IMG/VR virus record: IMGVR_UViG_3300033978_000437 | From: a virus | Strand: one strand, 5' to 3' | DNA: 64,000 nt | Shown here: positions 20,279 to 29,528 of the stretch, piece after piece | Layout: each line of letters opens with the position of its first letter | Position numbering within the stretch: the stretch's first letter is position 1 | Made by a program: the position numbers and the translations under genes | Notes under the pieces: model-generated | What the model was told of the DNA's origin: nothing | The model's database searches: none | What the model saw: the letters and a program-made list of their open reading frames with translations, nothing else

Positions 20279-21097
20279 CTAATCAACGCTATTAGTTTTG
20301 CAGGTGTAAGCAACTTCCCATCCCAACGCTATATTAGGATCTAGGGCATCCGCTGTAAATTCTAACCAGAGACCTGTATGGCGGCTTCGTAGATTGATGT
20401 CTTGGTTATCTTTGTTCTCATATCCACGATTTAAATCAAATGCTTGAAAAGTTGTTCCAGCAGTTACAGTGCCGGCATAGACTAGGCTAGTTGGTGGGGA
20501 AGTTCTTGGGTTAAATGGTGTTGTCTGCCATACCCCTGTAGTAATCGCAGCGGTTGAAGCAGCAGAAACGGAAACAGTTACAGCAACAGAAGAAGTTACG
20601 CTAGTGACTGTATATGTGGTGTTATATGCAGCAATATCGCAGTCTTTGATCGAAAATGAAGATCCTACTTTTAAACCATGTGCTGTGCTAAAAACTATAC
20701 TGGCCGGTGTGCTAATAGGGGTCGCTTCCCAATATTCTGTACCTGGGGCATAACCTGTATTTGGGCCAAGTAGCCTACGCCACAAAACACCAGCATAAGA
20801 TACAATGTCCCCAATACTGTAATCAGCGCCACCAGCATATTCCCCGAGAAAAAGATTACTAGTTACAGTTATTGACGAAACAGTTCCCGAGTTTTCCACA
20901 TTAAGATCAGTCAATCCAATACACGCAGATCTGCGGTCATAAACTTTGAAGGTACCGCTACCAGTATTACTTGCAGGGCTAGTCTGCGTAATAATAAAGC
21001 GGTCCAGCGTTCCATAAGATGGAGCAGGGAGTTCCAAAGTTTGGATCGCATTTGAGTTGCCAGAAAATGCAACCACACGAGAATATTCTGAAGCCAT
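20279..21097 (-). CDS. Ser/Thr-rich virion surface protein with a short carbohydrate-binding-like motif
   Basis: YSIGDIVSYAGVLWRRLLGPNTGYAPGTEYWE resembles CBM5/12-type repeats; VFSTAHGLKVGSSFSI module. Confidence 0.45.
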   Translation of the reverse strand: MASEYSRVVAFSGNSNAIQTLELPAPSYGTLDRFIITQTSPASNTGSGTFKVYDRRSACIGLTDLNVENSGTVSSITVTSNLFLGEYAGGADYSIGDIVSYAGVLWRRLLGPNTGYAPGTEYWEATPISTPASIVFSTAHGLKVGSSFSIKDCDIAAYNTTYTVTSVTSSVAVTVSVSAASTAAITTGVWQTTPFNPRTSPPTSLVYAGTVTAGTTFQAFDLNRGYENKDNQDINLRSRHTGLWLEFTADALDPNIALGWEVAYTCKTNSVD

Positions 21098-21100
21098 GTT

Positions 21101-23632
21101 TTAGTTCCTTGAAACTTCGTCTAAGTTAATGTCACCTTTATCAAATGATGACTCAATAGTCTTCTCTTTCAAGAAGAGTGTAATATCACCAAGAGATTCA
21201 AAGGCATTCCGTAAACTATCTTCTAATTCTGGAAGATCACTTTTACCATATCTATCTTCAAATTCTTCTTGATGCCAGTAGAAATTCATCAACAACCGGC
21301 CTAGCGAATCCAAGGCTGCCATTAAGTCGCCCAAGTGGCGGTCTACCAGTGAATCTTGTCTTACTGTTTTTAACATACCTGCCATCATTGAAACATCAAA
21401 TACTTCTTTCTGACCATCTTTGCCAGCAGTTTGTGCTGATTGCAGATTTTGTTGAAAATCTTTAGCTTCAAAGTTCTGCCAGTTGTCCCACTTGGATCTA
21501 TTTGTATTCTTACCACTCATTGAGGGTATAGGTGAATTCTTTTCCGTAGGATAGCGAGTCAAGGCAGATGTGCTTGGCCCAAATGTCTCGCTACCACGAT
21601 CCCCAGAAGTGTCCGTATCAAGGGGGAACGAAGGACCTCCAGCTAACACACTAGTATTAGGTGCAGCTTGTTTCTCTGTGCCATAGCCAGCAGCATACAG
21701 CACACGATAAATTGCATGCCCTGACTTCTCTGCTTTTTGCAGCATATCCATAGCAACTTTTTCACGAAGTCCATGTGTGTCTACCAACCGGCATAATGCT
21801 GCTTTTTTGCTTAATTGAACGGCACCGATTACAGAGTCTAAGTACACATCGGTGCCGTTATTGAATATTTTGAGCCTAGCTGTCTTTTCAACTAATAAGC
21901 GTTTGATGTCAGATAAGCCACCTAACTTAATAGGATTTGATTCATCGTCAAAAGGTGAACAGCCACACCCACCAAAGATGCTGGAAGAAGAACCATCCGA
22001 CAATTTGATGAACTTGAAAGAAGCTGGCACACGAAGTTGCCCGGAGACAGGTCTAAGTCTAAGGCCGCTCTTATCTTCTTTGCCAATGATTAGAGTAGCC
22101 CCATAATTACTATTACTATTGAAAGAACTTATTAGATTAGCACCTGCTGCCATGCCCCGCCTAGAAGGAGCATACCGATCTTGTATCTTAGGCATCAGCT
22201 CGCTACGTGAAGCTGAATAATCTTTATTCGTGCGAAAATCTACTTTGTACTCACCATCACCCATGTCCGTAGTTACACGGAAAGGCGCAGTAGCCGAACG
22301 ACTGTAGTTTATAGCGATATATTCTGCATCCTCGTCTAAGTCTGTGTCAGAGGATAAGCCGTCAAACCAATCTTTCCATTCGTCTTTGTCCGAAACTTGT
22401 GTAGCAAAAACTGATGTGCTGTCGGCATTTAACCAGCTTTTATTAGCTCCATCCTTTTTATCTATCCGTACAACTGTGGTCATGGACTCTGCTCCACGAC
22501 TGCTGATACCATTCAAGACCACCAGCATTTTGCTAAATTCACCAGAGCTTTCTAAAACAGAATATAATTCAGTTTCAGAGGGGTTAGTGAGGCTAATATC
22601 ATTTTCAGTGGTGTAAAGCTTACTTACTTCTGTATCTTCTCTACGATCTTTGATGACTACTTTGCCTTGCAGCAATTTCTCTCGGTCTGAAGTGCCCAAA
22701 TCAGATTTGTTCGTAACCACCGATGCGGACATATAGATCTCTAACTTACCTTCTTTAATGTGATCGGTAATAGGCTGGGGCTGGGAGAGCGTACCCAGCA
22801 AGGTAGTAGGCACAAGTGTGACGGTAGTAGGCGTAGGAAGAATGCTGCTAGCCTGCTTGATTGTGTTACTTCGAAGTTCTTTAGCCCAGCGGGAAAAACA
22901 ATCAACACCATAAAAGTCACTAGTAGCTTTTTTAATGGTGGGATAGCGTTCTGCTAAGTCGTAAGCTGCTTCAAGTAATGCCAAGCTTTTAGGGAGCACT
23001 TGGTTAAAATCCAGATTTGAAGCTGTCTTTGCTAGCGCCGCTTCAAATGGCACTTGGACAACTGCCTTTTGATCCAACTTGCGATTACCTGCGCCACGAT
23101 ACAAGGATCCGGCAAATTTTACTTTGAAGGCGGCAAGCATAGGAAGCACAGGTGCTAGCCAATGAGAATCACTTGCGTGCTTGTTGCCTTGGGGCGAAAT
23201 AGACAAAGAGTTAATGTCAGGGGCAATGCCTCCGAGCTCTTGTAATTTGCCTACAGAAGGTTCTCCTAAAATATGAGGTTTCCGGCTCATAAGATAGTTG
23301 ATCCAATTTTCTTTCATTGGAACAAATGAATCATTATTTTTTATGTAGAGTAGCTCGTGTCCTTTTAAATCACCATTTAAGAAAAAGACAGGAGCATACA
23401 ACCACTGCTTACCGATTTGAAAGCCAAAAACACCAATAGCTTTAGTATTGTCTTCATTACGATCAATTAGCTGGAAGCCCAACATATAATCAAGAAGTCT
23501 TGGTGCCTTATCTTTTAGATAAGCATAGGCTAAGCTAGAGAAAGCTTGTTCAAATTCTGTTTCTCCTCCCTTACCGCCGATACTAGCATTCTTCAATAAA
23601 TTATTTTTTCTAGACATTTTCATGAGCCACAT
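21101..23632 (-). CDS. Large hypothetical head-associated protein with six KxA motifs
   Basis: 843 aa; LKNA, NKHA, AKTA, IKQA, EKTA, EKQA. Confidence 0.6.
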   Translation of the reverse strand: MWLMKMSRKNNLLKNASIGGKGGETEFEQAFSSLAYAYLKDKAPRLLDYMLGFQLIDRNEDNTKAIGVFGFQIGKQWLYAPVFFLNGDLKGHELLYIKNNDSFVPMKENWINYLMSRKPHILGEPSVGKLQELGGIAPDINSLSISPQGNKHASDSHWLAPVLPMLAAFKVKFAGSLYRGAGNRKLDQKAVVQVPFEAALAKTASNLDFNQVLPKSLALLEAAYDLAERYPTIKKATSDFYGVDCFSRWAKELRSNTIKQASSILPTPTTVTLVPTTLLGTLSQPQPITDHIKEGKLEIYMSASVVTNKSDLGTSDREKLLQGKVVIKDRREDTEVSKLYTTENDISLTNPSETELYSVLESSGEFSKMLVVLNGISSRGAESMTTVVRIDKKDGANKSWLNADSTSVFATQVSDKDEWKDWFDGLSSDTDLDEDAEYIAINYSRSATAPFRVTTDMGDGEYKVDFRTNKDYSASRSELMPKIQDRYAPSRRGMAAGANLISSFNSNSNYGATLIIGKEDKSGLRLRPVSGQLRVPASFKFIKLSDGSSSSIFGGCGCSPFDDESNPIKLGGLSDIKRLLVEKTARLKIFNNGTDVYLDSVIGAVQLSKKAALCRLVDTHGLREKVAMDMLQKAEKSGHAIYRVLYAAGYGTEKQAAPNTSVLAGGPSFPLDTDTSGDRGSETFGPSTSALTRYPTEKNSPIPSMSGKNTNRSKWDNWQNFEAKDFQQNLQSAQTAGKDGQKEVFDVSMMAGMLKTVRQDSLVDRHLGDLMAALDSLGRLLMNFYWHQEEFEDRYGKSDLPELEDSLRNAFESLGDITLFLKEKTIESSFDKGDINLDEVSRN

Positions 23633-23648
23633 TCCTCGATTGTATTAC

Positions 23649-23858
23649 TTACTGATTATTAGAGTGCATCTGCTGTCTAAGTAAAGAAAGGCGCGCATTT
23701 ACAATGGCATTACCCAAGGCTGCTGCCACCTTTTCAACATCCGTTTCTTCTTCCTCTAGTGGCGTTTTCTTTTTCTTTTTCTTCATGGTAGTTGGAGGCA
23801 ACAAGTATGCTGCAGCATATTTTATGTCAAGCCCACCAAGCAATGGTTTATTCCACAT
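23649..23858 (-). CDS. Small protein with IKYA and EKVA motifs and poly-K/poly-E tract
   Basis: ATG 23858 with SD AGGTG. Confidence 0.5.
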   Translation of the reverse strand: MWNKPLLGGLDIKYAAAYLLPPTTMKKKKKKTPLEEEETDVEKVAAALGNAIVNARLSLLRQQMHSNNQ

Positions 23859-23945
23859 AATATTCACCTAAATTTAAAACTTGAAATTATTAGACTAGTT
23901 TAGCCACACAAGGGCTTGTACCGCAATACAAGCACTCAACTAATA

Positions 23946-26900
23946 TCATTTAGAACTTTCTGCCCATCCTCGATACTCCGCTAGATCTTCATTGTTAGTT
24001 CTCAATTGGGATTCTAGTTTCGCCCTTTGTTCTGGCGGAAGAGAAGTATCTCGAAGTTGTGCTTCAACTGCCACAATGTTTTCTTTAAGCCCATTAACTC
24101 GATTACGCATGTCCGTGCTAAACAAGCCCTTACCTGAAGAACCACCCTCTCGCTCGTAAGTACCCATCATCTGCTTACGCTGTGCCTGTCTATTTAATAA
24201 CTGCTCCTGCCTTGCTTGCCCCCCTGCGTCTAGCTCCCCCTTAGCTTTTAACTCTGCTAGTTCTGTGTCCGCAGCTGTAACCGAATTTTGCATGGCATCA
24301 CGGAATTTGTGTCCGCCACTACCAAACCAATTTTGTTGGCCTAGTCTCCAGTTAGCTGTTTCATCCGCTGTATTTCCTTGTCTAGTTTTAGCGTCTTGTA
24401 TTTGTGCTTTTAAATCTGCAGTACCTTCTAAATTCTGCGGTTTAGTCAAAGCTAATTGTGCTTCTAGACCTTTTTGCTTTTCTACTTCCATTGCATTAAC
24501 TTGCGTTTTGTCTGCCACCGAGGCACGGGAACGAGCATCAGTTCCAGTTACTTTGTCACGAATAGCTTCACCGGCCATCCCAGCCTGCTCCCCAAGCATC
24601 CCCGCTGTCTGAGTTGCACCCCCAGCTATTAGCTGCGCATTAGCCACTGGGTTAAGAGCTTGTGCAGGGGCTTGCCATGCTGTATGCAGCCCATCTTTAA
24701 ACGAAAGAATGTCTCTCCAGTTTTGTGCTGCATCATTGGTTGTATTATCCCAACCTTTATCTACTATGTCTGAACCAACGCTATAAGCTTCCATACCTGC
24801 ACCAAGGAATGGCAGAGCTTTTCCTACTCCTTTAGTAAGTGCTGAAAATCCTTTACCTACATAACCTGCAGGTGCTTTAGGTAATGGGGGTGGACCTTTA
24901 GGCAATGGCGGGGGGCTACCAGGCACAGGTGGTGGAGTTGTAGGAAAGGGGGGCGGGCTTCCGGGTATAGGAGGCGGAGTGGTAGGAAATGCAGGTGGTT
25001 TAGGTGCCATAATTGTATTTTTTATACCATTGTAGCCAATTGGAGCAGCATACCCAAATGCTGTACCTGTATCTGGACCCGAGCGGGCTGCTGGTTTTTC
25101 CTCTGTAGGCGAGTCTACTGTAGGAGCAGATGCTGTAGGGGCACTAGGCTGGGAACCGCCACCAAACATATTAAGCATGCTATTCCACATCCCACCTTGG
25201 TTTGCAGCTGGGGTAGGACTGCTGCTAGGTGCATTAGATTGCGGGCTTTGGTTTAAATTTTGTTGTCCTTGTCCGCTGTTGTTTTGGGCACCACCCCCAA
25301 ACATATTAAGCATATTACCCCACAACCCATTATTATTACTTGTAGCTAATCCTTGTGAGGGTCTCGAATTAAATAGCTGTTGAAAATTACCACCACCAGC
25401 CATCCCACCTAACATCATAAGCCCCATTAAAGGATTTTGATTTAACATCTGCCCAGCTTGCCCTGCAAAATTAGAATTATTTTGCATCAAATAATTAAAG
25501 TGATTAAATTGATCCGAATTTGAGGTTGGGGTAGGTGTAGATGCGGGCGGAGGGGCTAAAGCAGAAGTGCCCTGATCGCCCTTTGCGTCAGTATCTTTGT
25601 ATGTGTCATACAGTGATGGGGCGGGGGCAGGAGTAGGTGCAGGCGCAGGAGTAGGTGCAGGGGTAGGTGGCAGAGCTGGCATGATATTTGGGCTAAGGTC
25701 AGCTGCTGGGGTATAAGGATGAGGTTCAGTATTATTACGAGGGGCAACCCCGCCTTCCATATGTTCTGGGGAATTTGACCCATTCCTTGGGGCTGGTCCG
25801 CCCATATATTCTGTAGCAGGGGTATTGGGTATCGGTTTAGAGACGGCAGGAGGCTTAGAAACGGAAGGTGGTTTAGAAACATCTGGAACAGAGTCCATCG
25901 CAAGCTTAGTTTGGCCAGGGGTAAAACGACCGCCAAAAAAAGGAGCGTTGCTAGGTGCTATAGGCTTTAATGCAGGAGGAGTAGGAGTTGCAGGTAGCTC
26001 ATAGCTAGGTTTAGGTTTTATTACCGCATGGTCTTTACCTTCTCCAAAATCAAGACCCATTGCTAAACTAGGAACAAAGCTTGTACCTCGTTCTTCGCTG
26101 ATAGCCCCATGAGTCACAGAATCTAAGAAACTTTTCTTTAAACCAGACCCATACATTTGAGTCATCCAGTCAGGATCATGCTGCATTTGATACAAACCAC
26201 GAACCATGTGGGGCTCAAATGGCGGAGGGTTCTTGTGTACTGGAATTTCATTGATTTCAAAATCTTGAAAATTCTTAAGCATAGAAGGTCGAATTTTAGT
26301 ACCAATAGTGTAATGCAGTATAGGTCGTTCAAGATATTGACCTAGTGCTCGCTTAGGAGTTAATCGCTGGTGGTCTTCTCGTGGTTTGTAAGTGTGCTCA
26401 AGCGTAGAGTAAGGAACAATATCGTCAGGTACATGGTCATCTGTTTCTTCTGTCAGCCTTACATGGTTAATAAGACCTCGAGCTAATACCTCTATGTTTC
26501 GTCTGTGCCCGAACATTCCGCTGTCACCCATTGCCTTACGAAACTCATTAACAAAATAGCGTCTTCCTTCGCCTACCCCTTTGTGCTCTGTAATAGTAGC
26601 AGGGTTAGGAATTCCTGAGCTAATTACATCCCCAGCCTCTACCTCGTCTCCTTTTTTTACTTTAAGATCAAACCCAGCCCCTACATAATGTTGTTTATCT
26701 CCAATGGTTACATAGCTACCACCCGCAGGAGCTTCCTCAATACGCTGTACTACTCCATCTTTTAGTGCATGCGCTGCCCCGCCTTGCATCTTCTTTGGAA
26801 CTTGCACTAATTGGTTTAAATACTGGAAACCGCTGACAGCTTTTTCTTGACCTGCCACTCCACCCGAATGTTTTGCAGATAGCTGACCTTGGCTAATCGG

Positions 26901-27878
26901 TTCACTTAAAGCATGTGCAGCCTGTAACCCAACTTGCTCGCCAAGCCCTGGAAGCTTTCCAGTTTCCCGAATACCTACATCCCTAGAATAAACACCACCA
27001 TCGGGAGATCCACCTACGAGGGCAGATCGTACTAAGATTTTAGATGTGCCAAGCCGTTTTAAATGATTCAGTATTTTCGGAGTAAGGGGAGTGTTTCGAG
27101 CATAAGGGCCAACAGCCCGAGCTAGCAGTGCTCCTTCGTTATCTGCGTCATCAGTGTCTACTACCAATCCTCGAATAGGTGCATCTTCTGCCTCTTCGGC
27201 ATCTTCTCCGGTTACCACTAATCTATGGCTAGTTTGATTAAGTTGTTTGTTAAAAAATCCGGCATCTTGTGTGGCAAACTTAGTTGCCATAATACCTTTA
27301 CGTGCCCCATAGGTTCCGGCCCAATACTCGGCAGGGGACAACCCTTCGCTGTAGCTACGCAGTACAGGGATTGGAATCACATCATCCCGCTGATCCGAAT
27401 ACAGCATGTCTGAACCTAACAAACTAGTTAAATTCATAGACTTACCGCGCGTACCTGACATTACCTGCATCCCAAGCGGATTCTTATTTAGCAATGCCTC
27501 TGCAAGTACTTGTTTTTGTTGTTCTGGACTTTCTTTACCAACGGCACGAATAATCTGCTCATTTCGCTGCTGATCTGTCAAAGATTCGTCAGATAGAATG
27601 TTGGTAAGTGTTGCTCTAACTTTCTGGCGAGAAGCTAATGCCGCTTTGCTTACTTGCAAATGGCGAAGACCAAAAGACATGCCACCCTGCTCTTGAGCCA
27701 TGCTTTGGCCAAGACCACTTAGCTTAAAAGAAATGTCTTTATAACGCTCTGGGTGTTGTTGTGCCACTTGCTGTAATAAAGATTGCAGCCCTTTTTTATC
27801 TAGCACACGATGAGAGTCTCTCAACTCTTCCGGAAGGACATCATTAATTAACAGTTGTCCAACGGTCGTATTCAACAT
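23946..27878 (-). CDS. rpoC: Phage RNA polymerase beta-prime C-terminal subunit fused to a 650-aa low-complexity/helical tail
   Basis: Bridge helix GLSPAEYWAGTYGARKGIMATKFATQDAGFFNKQL; trigger loop AAHALSEPISQGQLSAKHSGG; RRNIEVLARGLI; tail starts at KLA-MDSV (aa 658-664). Confidence 0.9.
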   Translation of the reverse strand: MLNTTVGQLLINDVLPEELRDSHRVLDKKGLQSLLQQVAQQHPERYKDISFKLSGLGQSMAQEQGGMSFGLRHLQVSKAALASRQKVRATLTNILSDESLTDQQRNEQIIRAVGKESPEQQKQVLAEALLNKNPLGMQVMSGTRGKSMNLTSLLGSDMLYSDQRDDVIPIPVLRSYSEGLSPAEYWAGTYGARKGIMATKFATQDAGFFNKQLNQTSHRLVVTGEDAEEAEDAPIRGLVVDTDDADNEGALLARAVGPYARNTPLTPKILNHLKRLGTSKILVRSALVGGSPDGGVYSRDVGIRETGKLPGLGEQVGLQAAHALSEPISQGQLSAKHSGGVAGQEKAVSGFQYLNQLVQVPKKMQGGAAHALKDGVVQRIEEAPAGGSYVTIGDKQHYVGAGFDLKVKKGDEVEAGDVISSGIPNPATITEHKGVGEGRRYFVNEFRKAMGDSGMFGHRRNIEVLARGLINHVRLTEETDDHVPDDIVPYSTLEHTYKPREDHQRLTPKRALGQYLERPILHYTIGTKIRPSMLKNFQDFEINEIPVHKNPPPFEPHMVRGLYQMQHDPDWMTQMYGSGLKKSFLDSVTHGAISEERGTSFVPSLAMGLDFGEGKDHAVIKPKPSYELPATPTPPALKPIAPSNAPFFGGRFTPGQTKLAMDSVPDVSKPPSVSKPPAVSKPIPNTPATEYMGGPAPRNGSNSPEHMEGGVAPRNNTEPHPYTPAADLSPNIMPALPPTPAPTPAPAPTPAPAPSLYDTYKDTDAKGDQGTSALAPPPASTPTPTSNSDQFNHFNYLMQNNSNFAGQAGQMLNQNPLMGLMMLGGMAGGGNFQQLFNSRPSQGLATSNNNGLWGNMLNMFGGGAQNNSGQGQQNLNQSPQSNAPSSSPTPAANQGGMWNSMLNMFGGGSQPSAPTASAPTVDSPTEEKPAARSGPDTGTAFGYAAPIGYNGIKNTIMAPKPPAFPTTPPPIPGSPPPFPTTPPPVPGSPPPLPKGPPPLPKAPAGYVGKGFSALTKGVGKALPFLGAGMEAYSVGSDIVDKGWDNTTNDAAQNWRDILSFKDGLHTAWQAPAQALNPVANAQLIAGGATQTAGMLGEQAGMAGEAIRDKVTGTDARSRASVADKTQVNAMEVEKQKGLEAQLALTKPQNLEGTADLKAQIQDAKTRQGNTADETANWRLGQQNWFGSGGHKFRDAMQNSVTAADTELAELKAKGELDAGGQARQEQLLNRQAQRKQMMGTYEREGGSSGKGLFSTDMRNRVNGLKENIVAVEAQLRDTSLPPEQRAKLESQLRTNNEDLAEYRGWAESSK

Positions 27879-27905
27879 GGATAGTTCTCAGCGTGTGCAA
27901 ATTAT

Positions 27906-27923
27906 TTAAAATCTGGATTTTAG
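27906..27923. promoter_or_regulatory. Copy of 18-bp palindromic motif upstream of the RNAP beta-prime-C gene
   Basis: TTAAAATCTGGATTTTAG, 27 bp upstream of the ATG. Confidence 0.6.
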
Positions 27924-28489
27924 TCGTCACTATCGTCACCACCAAAGGCGGCTTCGATATCTTTAAGAGTAATTTCTTCACTCTTGCCACGCTTTGCTTT
28001 CTTACGAGATGGCTTAGGTTCATCTTGTATAATAGCAGCCGCCTCTGGCATACTCTCAACAACTTTGACTACTTCTTCTTTAATAGCTTCAGGAGCTAGT
28101 ATAGAAAAAGATATGGAGTCTGCCTGATCACGGGTTAATTCTCCCCGTCCAACCGACATGTCTACAACGATTTGCAGCTGTGTAATTATATATTCAGTGG
28201 CCTTCACTGTGATAAGCGTGGCTCCGTTTTCAAATTCAGCTTGTATGGCTGCGAGCCCATAGCAATTATCAAGTATTTCTAACTCTACTTCTTTTTTTGG
28301 AGGAAGTTGAAGTTTAGCAATAAGAGGGGCATCTTCTAATATAGGTAGTGACATCTCGGCATAATACTTATTATTAGAAGAGTTTAAGTTAGAAGATTGT
28401 TGATAAGTAGGAGCAGGGATAGCTGTAAGGCTAACCTCTGGTTTTCGGTCTCGATAGTAGCAGTCAGAAGATCGTAAAGAATCGTCCAT
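27920..28489 (-). CDS. Hypothetical protein
   Basis: 189-aa ORF between the RNAP genes. Confidence 0.55.
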   Translation of the reverse strand: MDDSLRSSDCYYRDRKPEVSLTAIPAPTYQQSSNLNSSNNKYYAEMSLPILEDAPLIAKLQLPPKKEVELEILDNCYGLAAIQAEFENGATLITVKATEYIITQLQIVVDMSVGRGELTRDQADSISFSILAPEAIKEEVVKVVESMPEAAAIIQDEPKPSRKKAKRGKSEEITLKDIEAAFGGDDSDD

Positions 28490-28490
28490 A

Positions 28491-28715
28491 TTACACCTGT
28501 ATCTTAGTAGAAATAACGGTTTCGTTAATACCTAGTTTACGCAAATTATCATTGAAACTGGCATCTTCACAATGAGACACCATAACGCTGGAAGAACCAC
28601 CAAAAAGTGCAGCTACGCTAACTGGAGTACCATCTAGCATACGCACTACAACCTGAGAAGCAGGTATCCTAAGTGGAGGTTTACCAATACTTTCAAGTAC
28701 CTCCACGATAAACAT
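28491..28715 (-). CDS. Small hypothetical protein
   Basis: 74 aa; SD AAGGGA. Confidence 0.55.
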   Translation of the reverse strand: MFIVEVLESIGKPPLRIPASQVVVRMLDGTPVSVAALFGGSSSVMVSHCEDASFNDNLRKLGINETVISTKIQV

Positions 28716-28727
28716 ATAATAAATCCC

Positions 28728-29462
28728 TTACTTGTTATTATTACGCATTAAAAGTGCAGTAGCCAACGCTGCTACACTGCCACTTTTAACAGAAGTATGT
28801 TGAGGGTAATAATCCGCAGGCAAGCTGAAAGCTGTACCACTTTCCCACGCCTCCGCTGACTTCATAGGAGCAATAGGTTGAATCTGCCCAAGACCACCAC
28901 CCGACTTACCATCGGGAGTAGCTGCCGCTAATCCTGGCCCACCTTGTGCAATCTGGTTTAAGTCTTCAGGTGTTACCACCATATCAGACACAGGTACATG
29001 GATGCCAAGTGCATCAATAATCTTAGCAAGCATTTTCTTAATCTGTACGATTTCGACATTGATGTCAATTTTAGGTTTAAGACCGGGGCCTGCGCCTTGT
29101 GGTTGCCCGCCACCATTAGCTGACATTGCTTGTTGCACTGCCTGTTGAACCATCGGCATTATTGCTGCCATGGGGTCCATAGGGGGAGGAGGTGGAGCAC
29201 CGCCACCCATAGAAGGATCCATAGGAGGAGGTGGGGCACCACCGCCCATAGAAGGATCCATAGGAGGAGCACCGCCCATTGAAGGGTCAGGAGGTGGAGC
29301 ACCACCGCCCATAGAAGGATCCATAGGAGGAGCACCGCCAGAAGGCATAGGAGCCCCCATAGCAGGATCGCCTGCCGCAACAAATGCATATTTAGATAGG
29401 TGTCGTTTTCCTACATGTTGTCGGGCCATCTTTAACAATTCCAAATTAACTGCCATAAACAT
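28728..29462 (-). CDS. Scaffold-like Pro/Gly/Met repeat protein
   Basis: Four DPSMGG(G)APP repeats after LSKYA; likely start at ATG 29456 given SD spacing. Confidence 0.65.
   Translation of the reverse strand: MFMAVNLELLKMARQHVGKRHLSKYAFVAAGDPAMGAPMPSGGAPPMDPSMGGGAPPPDPSMGGAPPMDPSMGGGAPPPPMDPSMGGGAPPPPPMDPMAAIMPMVQQAVQQAMSANGGGQPQGAGPGLKPKIDINVEIVQIKKMLAKIIDALGIHVPVSDMVVTPEDLNQIAQGGPGLAAATPDGKSGGGLGQIQPIAPMKSAEAWESGTAFSLPADYYPQHTSVKSGSVAALATALLMRNNNK
29171..29345 (-). repeat. Coding tandem repeat (PMDPSMGGGAPP)n
   Basis: Repeated CCCATAGAAGGATCCATAGG-type units on the plus strand. Confidence 0.85.
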
Positions 29463-29528
29463 ACTCCTTGTGTGATCTCATCTTATGATTCTAAGTTCTA
29501 ATCAAAATCTAGGATAGAGATATATTGC

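Noticed and set aside
21101-23632. Portal protein call for the 843-aa ORF
   Set aside because: Only position supports it; no recognisable portal motifs, and many putative cleavage sites
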